A DNA stretch of 64,000 bases from Selaginella moellendorffii. Lineage: Eukaryota > Plantae > Lycopodiophyta. Every line of letters begins with the position of its first letter. Within the stretch, counting starts at the first letter, position 1. The notes under the pieces are model-generated. The model was not told where the DNA came from and made no database searches. It saw only the letters and a list, made by a program, of their open reading frames with translations. The stretch is taken from positions 393,795 to 457,794 of the forward strand of contig NW_003314357.1 of NCBI RefSeq assembly GCF_000143415.4, in the 5' to 3' direction. Made by a program: the position numbers and the translations under genes. Of this stretch, positions 1 to 11,129 are shown piece by piece.

Positions 1-1426
1 TGATGCAGAGGTAAGAGTCAGGTCTCTCCATGGAGAGAATCCTGTTATGATAATATGCAGTCCTGCAGCTTCTCTGCTCGATGTTGTGGTCGAGCCGCCT
101 TCTAACCAACGTCTCTCGCTCTTGAGCGCTGCAAGAATTCTTCGACAAAGCCATTTTGATAGCAGTGCACTCGTCACACTTTGAAAAGCTGGAGTACTTT
201 CCTATACTCACATCCCTGAACCTGTTGCTCCACAATCTACTAAATCTAGATTGGCTCAGCTTCCTGTAGCCATTACTCTGGAGTTCCCGATTCACATCTT
301 CCAATATGGCCCCCTTGGTATACATGGAAGGGAGAACTCGTTGGGTGTCTCGTGTTCCATCTTCCAAGAGGCGGGTTTTATGTGGTTGCTGCTCGCTACA
401 TGTCTCGACAAACCTCTTGAAGATTGCCTCTCCATATACAACATGACCCCTGGTTTTGTGCGTACCGTCGTTCCCATGGACTGCCTGTTGAACCCTTTGT
501 TCCTCGAACTCAGTTTTGATTCTGTAGAATGTGGTTCGAGGGACTCCATAAATGATTCTCCATGCCTTCATGCAGACCAAACCCCTCTGGAAGACCATGC
601 CCCCCACCTGATGTTCTGAAGCATCAACAGATGACCGTAATGCCTCATACACAAAATTGCGAGCTGCCTTCCAGGACAATGTCTTGTATCTTGCTCTCTC
701 CTCTTCAATAGCATCCCAATCAGCATGTTGACAGCACCTCCTCTTGCAACAAGCAACTGTCGAGACCATTCGAACCTCCATCGCCATTTTCTGCCTTTTC
801 GGTTCGTTGCTCAGATCCCTTTGGCTGCGCTGTAGGAAGGTGTACTTTCTTTTCCCATGAAGAGATGTTCTGTCATCAGTTGTAGTGGTGTTTGATTGTG
901 AATCCTTCACATTCTCAAACACTAAATGCCTCAATTTCCACCGCACAATGCTTCCAATAGTCAGACTGTTTTCTTCTGTGTCAACAACCTCTAAAATTGC
1001 AACTCCAATATCATCCCAGCCCAATTCTTGATTAGCAACCGCATCTCTTGGATCGACAACTGTGGCTAAGCCCTCAGCTACCACCTCCCCCTCGGGGTTG
1101 TTTAGAAACACCTTTGCCTGAATCCATGTAGCACGGTTCTTAAGATCCACGGAGGGAACATGCGTCGCACTTGCGCTGTCCCCAACATCTGCTTTCTTCT
1201 GAAGATTTTTCAAGGCAACAACAACATTTACCCCGACGACCATCTCTCCTCGTTCAATAGCGACCACATTCCCATCGAAGACAGTCTCTACTGATACAGC
1301 AGCATTGCCTTCCCCAAGCCTTTGACAGTGTATAACAAAGTTCCGATCCATAGACACAAGGGTCCCTTTTGCAACTCTCTTCCCACCATTCAAAATGTAA
1401 ACCTTTTCCCCAACCCTGAAGGCCAT
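1..1426 (-). CDS. Putative DNA transposase, CxC/DUF7869 (Sola-like) type; runs off the left edge of the window
   Basis: Hand translation gives a stop-free frame from ATG 1426 (MAFRVGEKVYILNGGKRVAKGTLVS...) to base 1. It is absent from the ORF track because it has no stop in the window. Motifs: two VAKG/VAEG..LG modules, CCKRRCCQ, VCMKAWRIIYGVPRTTFYR, HGN, FSKCDEC, ending ...PDSYLCI where the first catalytic Asp is expected. Confidence 0.7.
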   Translation of the reverse strand, partial: MAFRVGEKVYILNGGKRVAKGTLVSMDRNFVIHCQRLGEGNAAVSVETVFDGNVVAIERGEMVVGVNVVVALKNLQKKADVGDSASATHVPSVDLKNRATWIQAKVFLNNPEGEVVAEGLATVVDPRDAVANQELGWDDIGVAILEVVDTEENSLTIGSIVRWKLRHLVFENVKDSQSNTTTTDDRTSLHGKRKYTFLQRSQRDLSNEPKRQKMAMEVRMVSTVACCKRRCCQHADWDAIEEERARYKTLSWKAARNFVYEALRSSVDASEHQVGGMVFQRGLVCMKAWRIIYGVPRTTFYRIKTEFEEQRVQQAVHGNDGTHKTRGHVVYGEAIFKRFVETCSEQQPHKTRLLEDGTRDTQRVLPSMYTKGAILEDVNRELQSNGYRKLSQSRFSRLWSNRFRDVSIGKYSSFSKCDECTAIKMALSKNSCSAQERETLVRRRLDHNIEQRSCRTAYYHNRILSMERPDSYLCI

Positions 1427-1789
1427 TCTGAAAGTGCAGAAAAGAAGTTAAGACCATACAAAAAATGATTGGAGAATGGCCTAAATCATAACATACCAAA
1501 CAACCTCAATAGCATGAGGCCACATGCCATTATTCAAACATGCTATTGACACCCACATGAAATTTCGCATTCACAAAATTGGCATGAGGCCTCATGCCAT
1601 CTTGATATACACACAGCTGCAGGCAAGTAAAAACATACATGACAATACGCTAGCCATGAAATTGCAAGGGCCCAAGATGGCATGTGGCCTCATGCCATTT
1701 CTAAATGTGGTCCTAAACCATTCCATGGTGAACATACCAGGAAGCACAAGTGCCGAATATCAAGAGGAAGCGGTAGCCACACCAAAGAC

Positions 1790-1985
1790 AGTGCCGCTCG
1801 CAACACCGCAACTACTCGTAGCGCCGCTCGCAACACCGCAACTGCTCGTAGCGCCGCTCGCACAAACTGCCACTCGCATAAACTGCCGCTCGCAATGGCG
1901 CTCGCAATGCCGCAACCGCTTGTAGACGCATAAACCACAGCTCACAACGCCGCTTACACAAGCAGCGCTCACTGCGCTCAGCGGA
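1790..1985. repeat. GC-rich short tandem repeat (GCCGCTCGCAA core, ~30-bp unit) upstream of the transposase
   Basis: gcgccgctcgcaacaccgcaact unit repeated 2-3 times plus degenerate copies. Confidence 0.75.
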
Positions 1986-2234
1986 ACCAAGAACACGGCG
2001 CACAAAAATGATAGACCTAGGAATGAGTTCGAGAATTCAAAAATAACACACGCTTGAACGTCACATCAAATCCTCTGACAAACCAGATCTTATGATTCCT
2101 CTGACAAATTTCAAACTGAGTAGCTTCTAGACTTTGCTGTCGGAGGTTGAACTTTGTCACATCATGTCCTTGCCTCGATCCAGCTGTGCCATGTCAGTGA
2201 TTCGAACTTTGCCATGCCATGTCAGCGATCCGCG

Positions 2235-4091
2235 CCAAGATTATTTGCCGTGTAAAGGAATAATTATGCTGTGTGTGTACGTCCATTTATGGCAATATAA
2301 TGCCACATGCCATTCAAAGAATAATGCTAGTCGAGCATCTTTTGGTGCATTTTTGGGTTCAAAATTGCATGAGCCCACACGCTATAAAGTTTACCTGTAC
2401 CAAAAATAGAAACAGCTTTATTTACTTGGGAATTTATATGGCTGAGGCATTTTTAAACTTACAAACACATGCCCTACTTACATTCCTTTGGTTGCTTAAA
2501 ATTCAAAAATATTATAAACCTTTCTTTTTGCATTTTCAATGTTTTCAATTATGGTTTTTGATTTTCGCAGGACCAGCCTAGTAATCTATTTGCATCCCGT
2601 CATGTTTATAGCTAGCTTTCGTTTGTCCCCTTCGCTAGCCTGAGATACATCTGCTCGGCATCTGCCTCTTACAGCATTTGCCCAGAAAGGGCATCTTTCT
2701 TCACGCAGCATTTGCCACATGTTTAGGGTTAGGGTTTAGGGTTTAGGGTTTAGCAATTCAGTAGCTTGATAAACATGCAAATACAGAACTTGATGAAAAA
2801 TCCTTGGATATGTCACAATGCCCTTAGGACCATAAACACATTTCAATAGAGAGGGTCCTTTCATTTCATAACTCCTTACGTAGATCTTGGTGAAACCAGA
2901 GTTAGTGAAGTTGGTTTCTTGTGATCCCGCATCTGATTGTGATGTCCCTTTGCAGTGTCGATGGAAAGGTCAATGCACACCAAACTGTAGAATCTTGGAG
3001 CAAAATAACGGTCGGATCTATGGCAAATGCCCCTGAAACATTGTAAGGCTCGTGTGGTCTCATGTGGTGTCCGATCGAGATGCTTCTTTGCAGGGTCATC
3101 AAGAAGGACATTGTATACCATTCTGTAAAATCTAGTTGCGATCTAACGGTTGGATCTCCAGGAAACTCAAAACAATCTCGCGCGTGTCAGAATATTCTAG
3201 GAATATACTCCTATGTGCTCCAAGATTATTCGCCGTGTAAAGGAATAATTATGCTGTGTCATTTATGGCAATATAAGGCCACACGCCATTCAAAGAATAA
3301 TGCTAGTCGAGCATTTTTTGGTGCATTTTTTGGTTCAAAATTGCATGAGCCCACACGCTATAAAGTTTACCTGTACCAAAAATAGAAACAGCTTTATTTA
3401 CTTGGGAATTTAAGTGGTTGAGGCATTTTTAAACTTACAAACACATGCCCTACTTACATTCCTTTGGTTGCTTACATTCCTTTGGTTGCTAGCTTTCGTT
3501 TGTCCCCTTCACTAGCCTGAGATACATCTGCTCGGCATCTGCCTCTTACAGCATTTGCCCAGAAAGGGCATCTTTCTTCACGCAGCATTTGCCACATGTT
3601 TAGGGTTTAGGGTTTAGGGTTTAGCAATTCAGTAGCTTGATAAACATGCAAATACAGAACTTGATGCAAAATCCTTGGATATGTCACAATGCCCTTAGGA
3701 CCATAAACACATTTCAATAGAGAGGGTCCTTTCATTTCATAACTCCTTACGTAGATCTTGGTGAAACCAGAGTTAGTGAAGTTGGTTTCTTGTGATCCCG
3801 CATCTGATTGTGATGTCCCTTTGCAGTGTTGATGGAAAGGTCAATGCACACCAAACTGTAGAATCTTGGAGCAAAATAACGGTCGGATCTATGGCAAATG
3901 CCCCTGAAACATTGTAAGGCTCGTGTGGTCTCATGTGGTGTCCGATCGAGATGCTTCTTTGCAGGGTCATCAAGAAGGACATTGTATACCATTCTGTAAA
4001 ATCTAGTTGCGATCTAACGGTTGGATCTCCAGGAAACTCAAAACAATCTCGCGCGTGTTAGAATATTCTAGGAATATACTCCTATGTGCTC
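2235..4091. repeat. Near-identical tandem duplication (~985 and ~870 bp units) in the divergent intergenic region
   Basis: ccaagattatt.gccgtgtaaaggaataattatgctgtgt at 2235 and 3220. The near-identical spurious ORF pair 2876-3121/3747-3992 is offset by 871 bp. Confidence 0.9.
2722..2753 (+). repeat. Short interstitial plant telomeric repeat (TTTAGGG)n; second copy at 3599-3624
   Basis: tttagggttagggtttagggtttagggtttag. Confidence 0.9.
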
Positions 4092-4526
4092 CTGAAAATG
4101 GCATGCGGCCCCACGCCATTCAAGAGATAACGCCAGATGACGCCGAGCATTTTTTGGTGCATTTTTTGGGATCAAAATTGCATGAGCCCACATGCTTGAA
4201 CGTCACATCAAATCCTCTGACAATTTATTTAGCTGAACATCTGGCATTTTTGGAAATACAAGATGCTTTGGAATATCCAATCATGCATGGTATAAATATA
4301 GCGAGGGTATTAAATGATATCCCAATCATGATCTTTCTTTTGGATTTCGCGTGCATGCAGTCCGAGGAATGATGACGTTGCGGATTTCTTTTGGATTTCA
4401 CGCATGCGCGCGCCGATCCAGAAATTAATGGTGGCGCCCAAGTCCGAGAAATGATGACGTGGCGGGATTACCAACCGTCGTGACATTTCGCGCGTGTGAG
4501 GTTAGGTTTTGCATTTTGCTTCGTAC

Positions 4527-4670
4527 TCGCGCTCGCACACTCGCGCTCGCATCGCGCTCCCACTCGCGCTCGCATCGCGCTCCCACTCGCGCTCCCACTT
4601 CTCTACAGGTTTCTCGTGTGCATCGGCGTCCACTCGCGCTCGCATCGCGCTCGTGTGCATCGGCGTCCAC
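4527..4670. repeat. CpG-rich (CTCGCGCTCGCA/CCA)n repeat upstream of the cargo gene
   Basis: Repeated ctcgcgctcgcatcgcgctccca units. A similar tract lies at 59951-60155. Confidence 0.8.
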
Positions 4671-4872
4671 TTCAAGACACACCCAGTTTGTAACTTCGCC
4701 GCCAACTCCGCCGCCCACTCCGCCACCCACACGCAGCCCACTTGGCGTCCCGGGAGATTTCAGCGCCACTCTCCAACTGTAAGTGGCAGAGTAGCCTTGC
4801 TGCTACAATCCGCTGCACACACAGTGCACATTCGCCAGCGAGTCCGGTTGTCACGCCTCCATTCGGCTTCAA

Positions 4873-7800
4873 ATGGTAAGTCTTTTAGGCCAAGTAGAAA
4901 ATGGCATGAGGCCACATGCCATTCAGTAGCAACATTGGCATGCACCGATTGGGCTCTCGAGTGCAGTCCGGTTACAGATGGCGTGTAGCCTCACGCCATC
5001 TTAGGATGCAGCCTCAAGACATCTGATGCAGTGGTGAATGGCGTGTGGCCTCACGTTATTTCCAGCTACTAGCTTTTCATCTGTCAGCTCTAATTGTTGT
5101 GCATTTCTGAACAGGCGAGGAATTGCGTTCTTCTTCCAGCCACTGTCAATGTGGATGTAGAGAAGGGGGAGGAGCTCACCAGTTGGACTTTCGGGATAGA
5201 AGGCGAGGATCTGAGGCTGTACAACACAGATGGTGGGAGAAAAGAATGCATGGGGATCCTCATCCAAGTGACAGACACTCCATGCAGTTCCATGCAAGAA
5301 TATGGACTGGCACTTGTGGTAGAGACAGCGTCTGCCTTCAAGATCCACCTTGCACATCCTAGCGGCTTCCCGGAGGGGGGCAGCGGCTATGAGGAATTCC
5401 TAGAGGGAGCTAGGGAGAGGTTGTCCAGGAGGCCCACAATTTCAAAGACGCTGCGGGTCTATGAAGATCACATGGAATCCACGGACCTCACCTACGGCGA
5501 TGTTCAAAAACTATATTCCAACATTGAGCCGTTGAGAGTGACTCCAGTTCGCGAAGCAAAGGGGAAGGGGGTCGATCTGGAAACTACCTCAAAGCAGAAA
5601 AGGGTGGTCAAGCTCAAGCCGACGTCCGACTCTCCTGCTCCAAAAAAGAAGCTACTCAGTGATGCCATTGCCTCGGGTTCGAACACTACACCCACCAAAA
5701 AGAAGAGCCGCAAAGAGCAGAAAGAGCAAGAAGAGGCAGCAAAAATCGTCGCAGATAATAGTACTTGTTACTATTCCAACAATGTATATACAATCGACGT
5801 GAGCCGTATCGACATCCAAAGCAAATACAACCACAGGCTAGTATCTGATGAGTGGGTGGAGAAACTGAAGCAGAAGATGCTGGCAAGTCCAGTAACACCC
5901 GACATCGCAGACGTGATCCCCTACTACCGAACAATGAAGGGCGAGACGAGGTTTCCAGACTTGATCAATAGGAAGGTGTTGGACGATCAGAACATCCGGT
6001 TCTATGCCGTCTCCGGGCAGCATTCTAGCTTGGCGATGCAAGAGATAGTTGTGGATATTATGGTGGGCGAGGAGGTGAAGAAAGTCTTCAAGACAAGAGT
6101 TGTCCGCCTGATAAAAGGCAACTCGCCCCTCCGATCTATCATATACATCTCCCACGCGCAGAATGTCAAGCAAGAAACGTGCTACAAATCGGGTCTGCAC
6201 GAGACATTGGCACGAACACGGAAGCTCTGGGTTCAACTGAAGAAGCCACAAAAACCAGGACAAGGACGTGCACTAGCAACTAGCGCCTGGCAGGTAAGCC
6301 TCGTTGCATGTGGCATAGCATGTGGCCTCACGCCATTTCCATTGCAGGAATTCTCGAGTCTTCTCTCGAAAACACTGGGGGTCAATGACACACTCAGCAT
6401 CCATAACATTCTACTCGCGACAAAAGTTGTTTTTGACAAATGGGTAGATGTGCTGAGGAGGTACCATGACGGGGAGTTGCCAAACTCAATGGGTGTGGAG
6501 GACGGCCGGAAGTCCAATGATTTGAAGCTCAACGCCTTGCGTTTCTCGCGGTCTCTAGACGACGACGACCTTCTGACAGTGGCTAATGCTCTTCTACGTG
6601 GTGAGGTTGTCTTCAACAAGACCAAAATGACTCCCGGCCATATTGTGACATACGAGGACTTGTGCACGACTCTGAGAGCTCGTGCGCTATTGAAGGATTG
6701 GATCTTCGAGCAAGTGGCCGTGGAGAGGGTGAGCATCGACACCACGCAAGAGATGATGGAAGCGCTGGAGTTGTCAAATGAAGACATCGACGAGTACGTG
6801 AAGGGGGCCCCCAAGTTCATCGATCTGCTGCGGGATGCCACGAAAAGTAAAGCTGAGAAGTTGGATCAGTATCCAAATTTCATTAAGATTGATGTCGACC
6901 GCCGGCTTCAAAAACAGCTCGACCCCGCAGCAGAGGCCTATCGAGAACCTTACCGGGTATACTTGAATTCGGATGAGGATCAAAGGTGGAGGAGCATCGT
7001 TTCCCGCGGAGATGAGCAGGTCAAGAACATCTTTTGTGTGATGGACTTCATAAACGAGGAGATCACTCATGCAGACGAAGTCAGCTCCATCATTGACTTA
7101 ATGGTGGGACTTGCGGAGGTGGAATCTTCAGTCCACTATATGATCTACGACTCCGAATCCTATCACAAGTTCTGGAAGGCCTTGAACGAGGTGAAGGCTC
7201 GGTTGAAAGGCAAGGAGATGCGGGAGATCCATGGGATAATGGCTAAGAAGAAGATACCGACGAATGTCCGCATCTTCACACTCGCCCTTGTTATTGGTCC
7301 TGCAGCAGAGTGGGACTGGAGTGACTTCCCAGCTTCGTTCGACAAGGCCAATCGAATTGATCTGAGGGAGGTCAATTTACCCGTGCCTGAGGAACTGAAG
7401 ACGGCTATGGAGCTTTCGAATCCAAAGAAAGCTCCAGGTGCAGCATGGGAAATGCTCAGCTGGGTCTTCAACGCAATAGCGGGTGGGTCATCTGCTTCCG
7501 ACTCCAAGGGCAAATGCGTTGTCGAGTACAACTGCGGCGGACTATTCTTTCGAGCCGCACTACTCAAGGGTGTCCCTTGTGTTGCGGTGACAAACTCCAT
7601 TGAAGAGATGACTTCAATGGAGCATATAATTACAGTTGCCAAAGAAAAACAGTATCTTCTCTGCGAACCTGGTGAGTACACACTTTAAGTTTAAATGTTA
7701 TCTCACAAGCTCTGTATGCAGGAGCGTGGCCACCCCCAGATGCTGAAACGGCGTTAACAGCTACTTTTGAAGATACCCATGTTGGGCCGAGCTCACAACC

Positions 7801-10495
7801 TGCACAAGGTAAGGTCACGTGAGGCCTCACGCCATTTTGATTATAGATCGTTGTGAATATTTAGACACGAGGACTGAAAAGCGCACTGGTGGCGCATCGA
7901 AGAAGGACAAACAGAAAAGCAATAGGAAAAAAGGAGGTACAAATTATATTTGCAATGGCGTGTGGTCTCATGCCATTCCTTGCAGGAGAAACTTCTTCAA
8001 AGGCAAAACAGGCAAGCACCAGCCAAGCTCAAACTGACAGTGGTCATAAAAAGCGAAAGCACGTTGGACAGTCGTCGAGATCAGAGGCGTTTGATTCGAA
8101 AAGGAAGAAGGGCAACGAAAAGATGATAGGTAATGCCTCGCGGTTATGGCGTGTGTGCTCATGCCATTCATTGCAGATCAAGGGCTGAGTGAAAGCAGGC
8201 AGTCACCACCTCATGACTCAGATTCCTATGGCGGACTCCCCTTCCCCAATCTCAATGGAGAGGTACAATGGATGAGGGAAGCTTTTCAAGGCAGGGCCAC
8301 GTTTTTCTCATCTCGTCGTCTTCGAAGGGTGCAAGAACGTGCAGAAACCATGTTAAGACAGTCGGGTGAGGATACGGTCCTAGGTCACGCACTAAAACAA
8401 GCTATGGATGTCTTGTATTTTGAGATGGAGACTCGGCCAGATGATTTTCCCAAGATGGTCCTGGAAGAACAAGCCATCCAGCCTGAGCAGCCTATGGAAG
8501 AAATGCAGGAGGGGGATGAGGAGCCAGAGAAAGATAATGAGCAAGAAGAGCAGAAGGACGAAGAGGAGGACAAAGAAGAGGAGGACAAAGAAGAGGAGGA
8601 CGAAGAGGACTTGGATGGTCCTCACAATGGTGATGATCACAATAACGACGACGACGATGATGACGACGATGGCCAGCCTGAGGTGGCCAAAGAGCGGCGG
8701 AGGAAGGTCATACAAGACAAACCATCAGGTAAATAATAATACATCCATTCCTAACCTTTTACCATTTCTAACATTGTCCATGTAGGTCGCAGAGCAAATG
8801 GTAAGTAGAGATTATTCAGTTGAATTTACAAACTCTAGCCTTTAGTGTCGAGGAAGGATAGTGCCAAGCAAGGGTCGAAACGTATGTCCAATCCTTCAGA
8901 ATCAGCAGTGCGCTCAAGTGATATCGGTCCTAGTTCCTCAATAGCAGTTGATGGTAAATACAGTATAGTCGATTCAATGTGCTAATGAGTTTGTTTTTAG
9001 TAGCACGGGAGGATACCATCTCAATCGAAGGGAGATATTTGGACATGCATATGGATCCGCCAGTGGACTCTACTTGGCTGCAAGAGTCATCAGAGCTGGT
9101 GGAGGCTACTATCCATATCAACGCCAAGCAAGCTGACCACGCTCCACTTGATGCTGCCCATACCACTGAGTCAATCTTGTCCACGTATCCAACTGACGGT
9201 GACCAGGCGCCATTGGACCCACATGAGGCCGCCCCAGCCGCCGAGCCGGTCGTATCCTCATTTCCAATGGACTCAACGTGTGCCCAATCGTCTGACTACG
9301 CGCCGTTGGAACCTCCCTACACCGCCCCTGCTGCTTGTTCGGTCATGTCCACTTTGCCAATGGAGGCACCAGCTGAAATGGCGTGTGATCACACGCCATC
9401 GGAACCACCCCATGCCACTGTTGAGCCAGTTGTACCAGAGTCTACAGCTGAAATGGCATGTGCCCACACGCCATCGGATGCGATTGACCCCACATTGCAG
9501 AGGAGAGTATTTCCGCCCTTCACGTTTCCTCGACCAAAACCCTCTCAACGACCATCGGGAGCAACATTCGCTAATATTGTAGATGGTAAAATTGACTTGT
9601 ACCATTTTTTATGCTGACGCATTTCATTTCAGAGTCACGGCGAAGGTACTGTATCGTTTTTGATCTGAACGGTGTCCTTTTCTCCCATGAGCGTGGCTCG
9701 TCCTCGAATGTCATTGCACCCTCCAAAGCCTGCGGTCGCAAGTTGGTCAAAAGAGACAGATTCACATTAATCACATGGGAGAAACTGCGGGATCTAATAA
9801 TGACCATGCGACACTTAAAACAGAGGGCCGGGTTCAATTTGCAATTGGGAGTTTGGACATCCATGATGCGCCACAATGCATTAACGTTGCTACAGATGAT
9901 GCACGATCAGACGCGAGTAATATTACCATTTGACTTTCTCCTAACGCAGGAGGATTGCTTGACTATGGTCCATGTGAGGGGTAGCAAGCCCATCTTCGTC
10001 AAGCCAGAGGTTGTAGTGATGAACCGGACTGCTAGCTCAAGTGAAATCCTCATCATCGATGACTCGCCGATTAAAACTGCAGCGAACACGCACACATATG
10101 CAGTGCACCCCATCTCTTGCAGTATGGAAACTAGGGAGAAGAAACCGTATGTTCTGGGGGACCTTGCAAAACGGCTTGGAGCGATGGTGATAGAGAACCG
10201 GCCAGTCCAGGAGGTGGCTGCAGAAATCAACCAAATGGCAGATGGAACGGTATATCAGAAGCCATTTGATCGGACAGACACCAGTCATCATTTATGGCAT
10301 GTATATTGTCTAGCCAAGCACTATCCGCATCTCCATAATCTGCTCAACCGGATGGGTTCTTCGACCACTGAACATGAGCGTGGACGTATTAGAGAAGAGA
10401 TGGCATTACTATTGGGTTTAAATCCTGATAGTGTGGAGAGTGATGAAATTCCAAGATTATTGTATAGGCGTTGGAGGCAAAAAATAACAGTCTGA
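4873..10495 (+). CDS. 11-exon ~1643-aa protein: ParB/Srx-like domain + degenerate amino-MTase-like domain + basic/acidic disordered region + FCP1/NIF-type HAD phosphatase
   Basis: GT-AG exons that splice in frame without stops: 4873-4875, 5115-6293, 6348-7671, 7722-7808, 7865-7936, 7986-8129, 8177-8728, 8786-8800, 8846-8953, 9001-9585, 9633-10495 (4932 nt). Motifs: NHRLVSDEWVEKLKQKM...FYAVSGQHS (ParB-like); GKCVVEYNCGGLFFRAALLKGVPCVAV (MTase motif-I-like); IVFDLNGVL, VWTS, LIIDDSPIK (FCP1-like). Confidence 0.75.
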
Positions 10496-11129
10496 GATGG
10501 CATGTATTTATTTAAAAATGTAACTTATTATGGCATGGTGTTCCATGCAATTGTATTAATATTAAAAGACAATTCTTTGAGAGGATTTGCATTATACTAG
10601 AAGTGTTACAGCATGTTATTGGAAGTCTACGAAGTTGTTTTATTAATAATGGGAAAGTAAAGATTGAATGGGGACTTGGGCTCCACCTAGACTCGGAGCA
10701 ACTGAGCCAATATTAAAAGGATGGAAAGAAATTGGACGACGATGACAAGGAGAAGAGAGAGGTGAAGCAGTGGCAGGGGGAGGAGAAGTGATTGAGTAGA
10801 CATTTCCTTGTTTAAAATAAAATGGCATGTGCCTCAATGCAGTTGAATTTTGTTATATTTATATACTATATAAAGGTTTGGAAACCTTATTTTACAAGTG
10901 GGATAATGACAATTCCCACTTTAACGAAATAGAGCTTAGAAAGAAAAAGGACTAAGATGGCGACAAAGGATGGAAGCTCGCAGCAAGAGATCAAGGCCCG
11001 TGAGCTTCCAGCCGCGAGTGCAAGCCATGATAGCAGCAAGACCAATCCCTCCGGAAGTGGAAGTGATCTACATCCCACAGAAGACCAAGAACAATGACTC
11101 GGGCTTAAAGAGGCTGCTGAAAATCGGCC

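Larger units (their letters stand above)
1509..10843. repeat. Dispersed 22-bp palindrome family ATGGCRTG-N6-CAYGCCAT (cassette A)
   Basis: Copies start at 1509, 1579, 1677, 4098, 4901, 4978, 5038, 6315, 7814, 7955, 8146, 9378, 9453 and 10530, with degenerate ones near 2289, 2366, 3266, 3341, 4178 and 10822. Not seen elsewhere in the window. Confidence 0.9.

Noticed and set aside
2722-2753. True telomere or chromosome fusion site
   Set aside because: Only 3-4 units, duplicated with the surrounding block, with no inverted junction.
1524-5000. Many short overlapping ORFs
   Set aside because: They arise from GC-rich repeats, the palindromes (recurring MRPHAI/MACGLMP peptides) and the tandem duplication.
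5094-7688. 864-aa ORF as a complete single-exon gene
   Set aside because: It starts at a non-ATG codon inside intron 1, reads through the in-frame 54-nt intron 6294-6347 and ends in intron 3; the spliced model fits better.
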